Assembly: GCA_029268045.1 (NCBI GenBank) | Contig: JAJUHF010000004.1 | Location: 7,863-71,862, forward strand | DNA: 64,000 bases | Source of the DNA: Anseongella ginsenosidimutans | GTDB lineage: Bacteria; Bacteroidota; Bacteroidia; Sphingobacteriales; Sphingobacteriaceae | Reading direction: 5' to 3' | Part shown: piece after piece, positions 25,209-32,836 of the stretch | Numbering within the stretch: position 1 is the stretch's first letter | Layout of the letters: each line of letters begins with the position of its first letter | Notes under the pieces: generated by a model | What the model saw: only the letters and a program-made list of their open reading frames with translations | What the model was told of the DNA's origin: nothing | Databases searched by the model: none | Program-made: the position numbers and the translations under genes

Positions 25209-25748
25209 TCAATCTTTCTCTACCTGCATGTAGTTCAGCTCAAGCGGTGTCCGTCTGCCAAAGATCTTTACCATCACCTTCAGCTTCTTCTTTTCCTCGT
25301 TCACCTCTTCGATTACGCCGTTGAACCCGTTGAACGGACCGTCCATTACTTTCACACTTTCCCCGACGTAAAAATTAAAGCTCATGGATTCACCCTGAGC
25401 GGACATCTCGTCTACTTTTCCGAGAATGCGGTTCACTTCCGATTCGCGCAAGGGCACGGGATTTCCCTGTTCGCCAAGAAATCCGATTACACTCGGAACG
25501 TTCTTTATGGCGTCGGTCAGTTCCCCGTCCAACTGAGCCTCGATAAGCACATATCCGGGATAGAAATTCCGCTCTTTGGCGATCTTCTTGCCATCCCGCA
25601 TCTGAAAGTACTTTTCCATGGGGATCAATACCTGCGGAACCAGGTGATTCATTCCCATCCGGTTGATTTCGGACTCAATATACTGCTTGACCTTCTTTTC
25701 CTTTCCACTGACAGCCCTGACTACATACCACTTTAATTGATCACTCAT
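25209..25748 (-). CDS. nusG: transcription termination/antitermination factor NusG
   Basis: 179 aa. NGN domain (WYVVRAVSGKEKKV) and KOW motif (GESVKVMDGPFNGFNGVIEEV). Confidence 0.95.
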   Translation of the reverse strand: MSDQLKWYVVRAVSGKEKKVKQYIESEINRMGMNHLVPQVLIPMEKYFQMRDGKKIAKERNFYPGYVLIEAQLDGELTDAIKNVPSVIGFLGEQGNPVPLRESEVNRILGKVDEMSAQGESMSFNFYVGESVKVMDGPFNGFNGVIEEVNEEKKKLKVMVKIFGRRTPLELNYMQVEKD

Positions 25749-25759
25749 TTTCCGGCTGT

Positions 25760-25951
25760 TTAATTGATCCCGTAAAATAACTTGATGAGGTTTTCAAAAA
25801 CGGAGTCCATCGCGAAAACAATCAACGCGATGATGAGCGATGCCACCAGGACCACCACCGCACTGCTTTGCAATTCCGATAAGGTAGGCCAGGTAACTTT
25901 ATGCAATAGTTCGTTACGGGACTCCTTGATATATGAAACGATCTTGCTCAT
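25760..25951 (-). CDS. secE: preprotein translocase subunit SecE
   Basis: 63 aa. Single C-terminal TM helix preceded by ELLHKVTWPT. Canonical position between tRNA-Trp and nusG. Confidence 0.85.
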   Translation of the reverse strand: MSKIVSYIKESRNELLHKVTWPTLSELQSSAVVVLVASLIIALIVFAMDSVFENLIKLFYGIN

Positions 25952-25984
25952 CTTCTATTTTTAGATCCGTTATGCTTTTCCTAG

Positions 25985-26055
25985 CACGGGTGCCTGGATT
26001 CGAACCAAGATCAACGGTTTTGGAGACCGCTATTCTACCATTGAACTACACCCGT
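25985..26055 (-). tRNA. tRNA-Trp (anticodon CCA)
   Basis: Hand-folded cloverleaf. Acceptor ACGGGUG/CACCCGU, anticodon loop CUCCAAA, T-arm CUUGG-UUCGAAU-CCAGG. No encoded 3' CCA. Confidence 0.9.
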
Positions 26056-26094
26056 TTACCATTGGTCCTGCTCACATGCCAGGCCGAACATATT

Positions 26095-26135
26095 AAAAAA
26101 TTAGCTTTGGCCGACAAAAACCGCAGCCAAAGCTA
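26095..26135 (-). terminator. intrinsic terminator downstream of tuf
   Basis: On the minus strand, UUAGCUUUGGC...GCCAAAGCUAA forms an 11-bp stem (26101-26135) followed by UUUUUU (26095-26100). Confidence 0.75.
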
Positions 26136-26152
26136 ATCTATTATCAGCAGAT

Positions 26153-27340
26153 TTACTTCGTGATCTCGGTAACCTGACCAGCGCCTACGGTACGTCCGCC
26201 TTCACGGATCGCAAACCGCAGTCCTTTTTCCATCGCTACCGGAGCGATCAATTTCACGTTGATCGTTACGTTATCACCCGGCATTACCATTTCCACACCT
26301 TGCTCAAGTGTAATCTCGCCGGTTACGTCTGTGGTTCTGAAATAGAACTGCGGACGATACTTGTTAAAGAACGGCGTGTGACGTCCACCTTCATTTTTTG
26401 AAAGCACGTATACTTCTGCCTTGAACTCCGTATGAGGAGTAACCGATCCCGGCTTGCAGATAACCATTCCGCGGCGGATATCGGTCTTCTCAATACCACG
26501 CAGCAACAATCCAACGTTATCTCCGGCTTCACCGTAGTCGAGGATTTTCCGGAACATTTCCACACCGGTTACTGTTGATTTCAGGTTCTCAGCGCCCATT
26601 CCAATGATGTCCACGGGATCGCTGGTGTTGATCTGGCCACGCTCAATACGACCGGTGGCAACCGTACCACGTCCGGTGATGGAGAATACGTCTTCAACAG
26701 GCATCAGGAAGGGAAGATCGGTCAACCGCGGAGGAATCGGAATGAATTCATCCACCTGAGTCATCAGTTCCTGTACCGAAGCTACCCACTGCGCATCGCC
26801 ATTCAATGCACCAAGTGCAGATCCACGGATTACCGGCGTGTTGTCACCGTCGAATTCATAGAAGGACAACAGTTCACGGATTTCCATTTCCACAAGGTCC
26901 AGCAATTCAGGGTCGTCCACCATGTCGCATTTGTTCATAAACACAACGATACGGGGAACACCTACCTGACGGGCAAGCAGGATGTGCTCACGGGTCTGGG
27001 GCATCGGACCATCCGTAGCGGCAACCACCAAAATAGCACCGTCCATCTGGGCAGCACCGGTCACCATGTTCTTTACGTAGTCCGCGTGGCCGGGACAGTC
27101 AACGTGTGCATAGTGACGATTGGCGGTAGTATACTCCACGTGGGAAGTATTAATGGTAATACCACGCTCCTTTTCTTCGGGAGCAGCATCGATGGAGTCA
27201 TATGAACGTGCTTCGGACAAACCCGAATCAGACAGAACCTTTGTAATAGCTGCCGTCAACGTAGTTTTTCCGTGGTCAACGTGACCGATTGTACCAATAT
27301 TTACGTGTGGTTTGGAACGGTCAAATTTTTCTTTTGCCAT
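26153..27340 (-). CDS. tuf: elongation factor Tu
   Basis: 395 aa. G1 [21 protein letters not shown]; conserved end to end. Confidence 0.99.
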   Translation of the reverse strand: MAKEKFDRSKPHVNIGTIGHVDHGKTTLTAAITKVLSDSGLSEARSYDSIDAAPEEKERGITINTSHVEYTTANRHYAHVDCPGHADYVKNMVTGAAQMDGAILVVAATDGPMPQTREHILLARQVGVPRIVVFMNKCDMVDDPELLDLVEMEIRELLSFYEFDGDNTPVIRGSALGALNGDAQWVASVQELMTQVDEFIPIPPRLTDLPFLMPVEDVFSITGRGTVATGRIERGQINTSDPVDIIGMGAENLKSTVTGVEMFRKILDYGEAGDNVGLLLRGIEKTDIRRGMVICKPGSVTPHTEFKAEVYVLSKNEGGRHTPFFNKYRPQFYFRTTDVTGEITLEQGVEMVMPGDNVTINVKLIAPVAMEKGLRFAIREGGRTVGAGQVTEITK

Positions 27341-27389
27341 GTTTATTGTATTGTAGTGGGTTATTTATAAATTACTTTGTCCCTCTATT

Positions 27390-27465
<76 letters not shown>

Positions 27466-27468
27466 TTT

Positions 27469-27519
27469 TAAGTTTATGGTTTTCAGCCAAAAAAAACAAG
27501 GCTCAAAACGATAAACTTA
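27469..27519 (-). other. long hairpin filling the tRNA-Gly/tRNA-Thr spacer
   Basis: Arms 27469-27488 and 27500-27519 pair at 18 of 20 positions around an 11-nt A/U-rich loop. Confidence 0.8.
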
Positions 27520-27527
27520 TTAGTTTG

Positions 27528-27600
27528 AGCGGGAGACGAGGCTCGAACCCGCGACCTACAGCTTGGAAGGCTGTCGCTCTACCAACTGAGCTACTCCCGC
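27528..27600 (-). tRNA. tRNA-Gly (anticodon UCC)
   Basis: Acceptor GCGGGAG/CUCCCGC, anticodon loop CUUCCAA, T-loop UUCGAGC. No encoded CCA. Confidence 0.9.
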
Positions 27601-27693
27601 TTTTTTAAAAGGCTGCCAGGCAACCGTTTGTTATCATTGTTCATCCGCCCGACCAGGATTCATTTTCCCAGCCCGGGCTGTTGTCTTTTTTTG

Positions 27694-27774
27694 TGGGGAG
27701 AGCAGGATTCGAACCTACGAAGCCGAAGCAGCAGATTTACAGTCTGCCCCATTTGACCGCTCTGGAATCTCCCC
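27694..27774 (-). tRNA. tRNA-Tyr (anticodon GUA), long variable arm
   Basis: Acceptor GGGGAGA/UCUCCCC, anticodon loop CUGUAAA, long variable arm, T-loop UUCGAAU. No encoded CCA. Confidence 0.9.
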
Positions 27775-27871
27775 AAATTAAGATTTGAATGCTTTGAAGA
27801 TCGCCGATTTGCTGCATTTCGCTGCCCTGGCAAGATGTTCATGAATGCTTCGCATTGTTCAAATCAGGTTG

Positions 27872-27944
<73 letters not shown>

Positions 27945-28018
27945 TTATAAACGGCTCTGCCCCGCTTTTTACCATGTCACGGACTCATCCCAAGACAAGA
28001 AAGCCGGCATCTCTTTTT

Positions 28019-28071
28019 CTTAAAGAACAACCCCTTTGAAAAATGCAGAAAACAGGTGCTTTTCCAAAGGG
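28019..28071 (-). terminator. candidate terminator downstream of hpf
   Basis: An 11-bp stem with one bulge (28032-28042 / 28060-71), followed on the minus strand by GUUGUUCUUUAAG. Confidence 0.35.
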
Positions 28072-28075
28072 ATTG

Positions 28076-28083
28076 CAAATGTA
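28076..28083 (-). promoter_or_regulatory. candidate Bacteroidota -7 box (TACATTTG) for the tRNA-tuf transcription unit
   Basis: The minus strand reads TTG-N18-TAcaTTTG, about 130 nt upstream of tRNA-Thr(UGU). Confidence 0.3.
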
Positions 28084-28212
28084 CGAAATTTTAGTTTCCT
28101 GCAAAATTAAATTAAAATATTTCGCAGCCGATTAGGCAGCGGACGGGATATTCCGGCCTTGGCCTCTGCTTTTCCCCATCTCCCGCTCAGCCGCGCTGCA
28201 GGAACAGCGGAT

Positions 28213-28593
28213 TTAACGTGAAACCATGCCGTTGGAATAGGCAGCGGCTTCCTGCTCAAGCAGTGTGCCGATCACTTCCTTAGCGGGCTCGGTTACATGG
28301 TTTTTTATTCTCCGGTTATGTTTTTTCAATTGTTTACACATGGATTCGATCGCAAGGTCGGTCGCCTCTTCGAAACTTCTGCGCTTCTCTTTTACAAAGA
28401 GGGTATTTCCCGGAAGGTTGAGTTTGATCTCGGTGATCTTGTTTGCCGAGTTATCTGACTTCTCCAAGCGCAGATACACCAGGCCATTGATCACCCTGTC
28501 GCAAAACGTATCCAGTTTCCTGAGCTTTTTGTCAATAAGGTCGAGCAATTTCCTGTCAGCAGTGAAATGGATCGATTGAACTGTCATTCTCAT
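28213..28593 (-). CDS. hpf: ribosome hibernation promoting factor / RaiA family
   Basis: 126 aa (…MTVQSIHFTADRKLLDLIDKKLRKLDTF...LRLEK...KITEIKLNLPG). Met-3 at 28587 is an alternative start. Confidence 0.88.
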   Translation of the reverse strand: MRMTVQSIHFTADRKLLDLIDKKLRKLDTFCDRVINGLVYLRLEKSDNSANKITEIKLNLPGNTLFVKEKRRSFEEATDLAIESMCKQLKKHNRRIKNHVTEPAKEVIGTLLEQEAAAYSNGMVSR

Positions 28594-28612
28594 ATTTCCT
28601 CCTTATTTAAGT

Positions 28613-29497
28613 TTATCCTTTGGGATGAGCCTGCTTCCAGGCTTCTTTCATGCGCGCGATCGAATTATGGGTGTATATCTGGGTGGCCGCCAGGCTGGCG
28701 TGCCCCAACAGTTCCTTCACGGCGTATAAGTCAGCTCCTTTATTTAGCAGATGCGTTGCAAAGGTGTGTCGCAGGACGTGCGGACTCTTTTTCCCGGGTG
28801 TATCAACCATATCCAGGTAATTTTTTACCACCGTGTAAACGAAACGGGGATTCAATCTCTCTCCATTATCCTTAACGAATAACACCTCGGGTTTGTTGTC
28901 AAATGGAGTAAGCTTCTTCAGCCGGATGTATTCCTGCAGCGAGTTGCCAAATTCCCGGGTGAATGGGATTACCCGCTCCTTCCGGCGTTTTCCGATTACC
29001 CGGAGCTTCTGCCGGTCAAAATCCAGATCTTCTTCCCGGAGTCCGATCAGTTCGGCCAGACGGATCCCGGTTTGATACAGGGTTTCGACGAGCAGCCGGT
29101 CCCGGCAGGAAGAAAAGCTCATTCCTCCGTCAAAAACCGTACGTAGCCGTTCCATACGACTTTCTTCCACGAATACCGGGAGCCGCCTCCCTGCCTTCGG
29201 TGCACGCACATGCTGCACGGGATTCGCCATGATTACGGCTTCTTTCAACAAAAATTTGAAATAGGTTCGGAGTACCGAGAGTTTTCTTGCGATGGTGGAG
29301 GGGCTTCGGCCTGCCTCCATTAAATCGACGACCCAGGAACGGACCATATCCCGCTCGGTGGACTTCAGGTCAGGGATCCCGTACCGACGCTGAAGAAACG
29401 CCGCAAAGGCCTCCAGGTCATTCCGATAGGCTAGCAGCGTATGCGGCGAAAATCGTTTTTCAAACTGTAAATAGCTGTAAAACCGGTCCGTATGCAT
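28613..29497 (-). CDS. tyrosine recombinase (XerC/XerD-like)
   Basis: 294 aa. SAM-like N-domain and a catalytic domain with R, HxxR (LRHTFATH) and ...GHASLAATQIYTH. Confidence 0.88.
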   Translation of the reverse strand: MHTDRFYSYLQFEKRFSPHTLLAYRNDLEAFAAFLQRRYGIPDLKSTERDMVRSWVVDLMEAGRSPSTIARKLSVLRTYFKFLLKEAVIMANPVQHVRAPKAGRRLPVFVEESRMERLRTVFDGGMSFSSCRDRLLVETLYQTGIRLAELIGLREEDLDFDRQKLRVIGKRRKERVIPFTREFGNSLQEYIRLKKLTPFDNKPEVLFVKDNGERLNPRFVYTVVKNYLDMVDTPGKKSPHVLRHTFATHLLNKGADLYAVKELLGHASLAATQIYTHNSIARMKEAWKQAHPKG

Positions 29498-29499
29498 CT

Positions 29500-29542
29500 A
29501 AAGCAAAATAGTCGTGTACTCCTGTGAATATACGACTATTTT
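29500..29542 (-). terminator. hairpin/terminator downstream of rpsU
   Basis: An 11-bp stem AAAAUAGUCGU/ACGACUAUUUU (29505-29515 / 29532-29542) with a 16-nt loop, followed on the minus strand by GCUUUAG. It ends only 8 nt before the recombinase ATG. Confidence 0.5.
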
Positions 29543-29571
29543 CAATATAAGTAAAATACGGATAAACGTAC

Positions 29572-29763
29572 TTAGACAGATTCAGACTGAAGTTTCTGGC
29601 GGTACACCGCGCGCTTAATGGCGTTTCTCCGGGCTACCGATTTCTTTTCGTAAGCCTGACGGTTACGTAATTCGCGCAAAACACCGGTTTTCTCAAACTT
29701 CTTTTTAAAACGCTTTAACGCCCTGTCGATGCTTTCGCCTTCCTTTACATTGATAACGATCAT
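29572..29763 (-). CDS. rpsU: 30S ribosomal protein S21
   Basis: 63 aa from ATG 29763 (MIVINVKEGESIDRALKRFKKKFEKTGVLRELR...). ORF-track start 29817 trimmed. Confidence 0.93.
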   Translation of the reverse strand: MIVINVKEGESIDRALKRFKKKFEKTGVLRELRNRQAYEKKSVARRNAIKRAVYRQKLQSESV

Positions 29764-29773
29764 CCCTTTCAAT

Positions 29774-29781
29774 ACCTCCTT
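29774..29781 (-). promoter_or_regulatory. strong Shine-Dalgarno element AAGGAGGU upstream of rpsU
   Basis: The minus strand reads ...CCCUCCCUUAUGGAAGGAGGUAUUGAAAGGG-AUG. The SD can pair with the upstream CCUCC (29793-29789). Confidence 0.7.
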
Positions 29782-29836
29782 CCATAAGGGAGGGCAAAAA
29801 TAAAAAATCTGCAACAAAAAAACAAGTGCTAATCGC

Positions 29837-30655
29837 TTATTTTAACCTGGTTAACAGGATATCCATTTGTTTCCGGGCCGAGCGGTACCCCAGTTCCACG
29901 ATCTCGCGGGCAGCCGCAAAATGGAATATATTATACCGCTCCAGGCCTTCGTAGGTAAGCACCACATCACACTGCCGGGTCTGGGCTTCGATGCCTTTGT
30001 AAGAGACCAGTTCAAAACTCCGCATACTGACTGAGCGGAAGCCCCCCAGCTGCATGTTCGGTACGGGCGAAACCACATTGCTGCCGATGATTTTATAACC
30101 GTGGCCCAGCAAAGGCTCTACCGGTAAGTTATTCAGGATCCCCCCGTCGGCATACAGGTATTCTCCCATTTTCACCGGCAGAAACAGGAGCGGCACGGCA
30201 CAGGAAGCCATGATGGGTTTGTGCAGGTCACCGGAATCGAAAATCTCCAGTTTGCCTGTATTCAGATTTACCGCGCTTACAAATAGCTTTTTCCCAAGCG
30301 CCTCGAAGGAGTCTTCGGGAAGAAAAATTTCCAATTGCTGCCGCAAGTGATTCAAACTGGAAAACGCGCCGGAAGCAAGGGAAAAAATTCCTTTCCGGAG
30401 AATTTTGAACATGTCGGTCTTTTGCACAATTTCCAGGATCTCATCGGCTGTATGCCCTTTCGCATACAGCGCACCGACAATTGACCCGGCACTTACCCCG
30501 GAAATGGCTTTAATCTGAATATTCTCCTCCTCCAGGGCCTTTAAAAGCCCGATATGCGCCCAGGCCCTTGCCCCGCCTCCCGACAGGACCAGCGCGACCC
30601 CCTGCGCCTCCTTGCGGGCCCGGGCCGAAAAAAGTCTGCCTATCAGTCCTCTCAT
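29837..30655 (-). CDS. patatin-like phospholipase
   Basis: 272 aa. Oxyanion GGGARA, nucleophile elbow GVSAGS, and DGG (ADGGILNN). Confidence 0.88.
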   Translation of the reverse strand: MRGLIGRLFSARARKEAQGVALVLSGGGARAWAHIGLLKALEEENIQIKAISGVSAGSIVGALYAKGHTADEILEIVQKTDMFKILRKGIFSLASGAFSSLNHLRQQLEIFLPEDSFEALGKKLFVSAVNLNTGKLEIFDSGDLHKPIMASCAVPLLFLPVKMGEYLYADGGILNNLPVEPLLGHGYKIIGSNVVSPVPNMQLGGFRSVSMRSFELVSYKGIEAQTRQCDVVLTYEGLERYNIFHFAAAREIVELGYRSARKQMDILLTRLK

Positions 30656-30664
30656 ACCCGAATG

Positions 30665-31834
30665 TTAGATCGCCTTCAGCACCTCGCGCGAGATGACAAT
30701 TTTCTGTATTTCCGATGTTCCCTCGCCAATGGTACATAATTTGGCGTCACGGTAAAATTTCTCCACCGGATAATCTTTTGTGTAGCCGTATCCGCCGAAG
30801 ATCTGCACCGCGTCGGTGGCTACGCGGACGGCCGTTTCAGACGCGTAATACTTGGCCATGGCCGCCTGCCGGGTCGCGTGCCTGCCTTTGTTTTTGCTAT
30901 CGGCCGCCGAATGCACCAGCAGCCTGGCAGCTTCCACCGCAGTAGCCATGTCGGCGAGTTTAAACGAAATGCCCTGAAAATCCGCAATGGCCTGTCCAAA
31001 CTGTTTTCTTTCTTTGGAATAGCGCAACGCGGCTTCCAGCGCCCCCTCGGCGATCCCCAGGGATAAAGCCGCGATGGAGATGCGTCCTCCATCCAAGACA
31101 CTCATCGCCTGGCGGAACCCGTCCCCTTCGTTTCCCAGCCGGTTCCCCATGGGAACCAGGCAGTTATCAAACACCAGTTCGGCCGTTTCGGAGGCGCGCA
31201 TCCCCAGCTTGTTTTCCTTTTTGCCATGGGTAAAGCCTTCGGTCCCCTTCTCCACAACAAATGCGCTGATCCCGCCGGATGTTCCCGGTTCACCGGTCCG
31301 GGCCATTACCACCGCCACATCCCCCGATTTCCCGTGGGTAATCCAGTTTTTGGTTCCATTAAGCACGTAATGGTCGCCTTTCCGGACCGCGGTGGTACGC
31401 ATATTCAGCGCGTCCGATCCGGTATTGGATTCGGTCAGCGCCCAGGCGCCGATCCAGCTTCCGCCGGCCAGGCGCGGGAGCCATTTCTCCTTTTGCCGCT
31501 CGTTTCCAAACAATAAAATGTGTCCGCTGCATAGGGAATTGTGTGCAGCCAGCGAGAGGCCGATGCTGCCGCATACGCGGGCAATCCCGCTGATGACCGC
31601 GACGTACTCGTGATACCCCAGGCCCGCGCCGCCGTAGGCGGGCGGTATCAAGACCCCGGTAAGTCCCAGCGCTCCCATTTCCCGGAACAGCTCAACGGGA
31701 AAGAACTGGGCCTCGTCCCATTCCATCACGTGGGGCCGGATGTGCCTTTCTGCAAAATCCCGGACCATCTGATTTAGCATCCGCTGCTCCTCGGTGGGTT
31801 CAAAATCCAGCAGCGGCTCGGTTTCTTCCTTCAT
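30665..31834 (-). CDS. acyl-CoA dehydrogenase
   Basis: 389 aa, ACAD family throughout (…GAWALTESNTGSDA..., QIFGGYGYTKDYPVEKFYRDAKLCTIGEGTSEIQ). Confidence 0.92.
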   Translation of the reverse strand: MKEETEPLLDFEPTEEQRMLNQMVRDFAERHIRPHVMEWDEAQFFPVELFREMGALGLTGVLIPPAYGGAGLGYHEYVAVISGIARVCGSIGLSLAAHNSLCSGHILLFGNERQKEKWLPRLAGGSWIGAWALTESNTGSDALNMRTTAVRKGDHYVLNGTKNWITHGKSGDVAVVMARTGEPGTSGGISAFVVEKGTEGFTHGKKENKLGMRASETAELVFDNCLVPMGNRLGNEGDGFRQAMSVLDGGRISIAALSLGIAEGALEAALRYSKERKQFGQAIADFQGISFKLADMATAVEAARLLVHSAADSKNKGRHATRQAAMAKYYASETAVRVATDAVQIFGGYGYTKDYPVEKFYRDAKLCTIGEGTSEIQKIVISREVLKAI

Positions 31835-32765
31835 AAAAATTTGATTGGTTTTCTACAATCAAATATGGCATAACTTTCTGAATTGTCCCGGCATTCAGTG
31901 CATGAATATTAAAAAGTGCCCGCACATCGGCGAAACGCCCGTGCTGTTCCCGGTAATTCAAAACCACCCGGACCTGGGATGCCGACCAGTAGGGCAGCCG
32001 TCTCAACTCATTGAAACCCGCTTCGTTGAGATTGATTTTCCGGACCTGCGAAGAGTCGACGCGCAGGCAGTCCCGGAACGCCTCGTAGTGTGCGGTATCC
32101 AAGCCATACACTTCCAACAACTGTTCCACCGCATGGAAGCCTCCCAGCCGCTCCCGGTAGCGGATAATCCGCGATGAAAGCACCGGACCAATGCCGTCCA
32201 AAGGCAACAGCGCGACCGAATCCGCCGTGTTGAGTTCCACCACGGGGCAGGGAGCGCCGCGCTGCGCGGGGCCGGGAGCAGGGTTATCGTTTTTTCGGAC
32301 CACCGGATCGGGAACCTGCACATACGGTTGAATCGTGGCAAGAAGCGCCTTGGGGAATCCATAAATTTTTCCGAGGTCTTCCTTCCTCCGGAACCGGCCT
32401 CCTGCCTTGCGGTAATTGATCAGCCTTGCAGCCACCTGCGACGGGATCCCCAGGCGCAACAGGTCTGCCCGGCTGGCGGTATTGGGATCAAAATAAAACA
32501 AGACGGATGCTCCGTGGCTTTTCAGGCCGGGTGAAACCGAAACCGGTGTTTCCACACGGCGCGCGGTATCCGATGCAGGGGCCGATGCCCTTTCCAGGAT
32601 CAACGCGTCCCGCCGGAAGGATGTAAAATCGACCGGCTCCTGCGGAACGATGAAGTCCGCCAGCAGGCCGACTGCAAGCAGCAGGCACAAGAGAATGAAT
32701 AAGAACAGTATTCCGTTCCGTTCCTTCCTTGAAAAGGAAAGAATTGCAGTCCAATAGGTTTTCAT
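31800..32765 (-). CDS. ComEA-family helix-hairpin-helix DNA-binding protein
   Basis: 321 aa. N-terminal TM anchor and repeated HhH units (e.g. LLPLDGIGPVLSSRIIRYR, LRRLPYWSASQVRVVLNYR). The 3' end overlaps the ACAD start by 35 nt. Confidence 0.8.
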   Translation of the reverse strand: MKTYWTAILSFSRKERNGILFLFILLCLLLAVGLLADFIVPQEPVDFTSFRRDALILERASAPASDTARRVETPVSVSPGLKSHGASVLFYFDPNTASRADLLRLGIPSQVAARLINYRKAGGRFRRKEDLGKIYGFPKALLATIQPYVQVPDPVVRKNDNPAPGPAQRGAPCPVVELNTADSVALLPLDGIGPVLSSRIIRYRERLGGFHAVEQLLEVYGLDTAHYEAFRDCLRVDSSQVRKINLNEAGFNELRRLPYWSASQVRVVLNYREQHGRFADVRALFNIHALNAGTIQKVMPYLIVENQSNFYEGRNRAAAGF

Positions 32766-32836
32766 GGCAGATGAGATGATGCTGGACCGAATATACGAAA
32801 TCCGATCCGGTAATCCTGACCTACCTCCCGCGAAAA

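Noticed and set aside
28613-29497. Tyrosine recombinase next to tRNA genes as a marker of an integrated island or prophage
   Set aside because: There are no cargo genes, no att-like repeat of a tRNA 3' end and no compositional break. All flanking genes are core translation genes.
29837-30655. Patatin-like phospholipase as a CBASS-type defence effector
   Set aside because: No cyclase, nucleotidyltransferase or other defence gene is adjacent. Its neighbours are rpsU and an acyl-CoA dehydrogenase. It is a standalone 272-aa housekeeping-type patatin.
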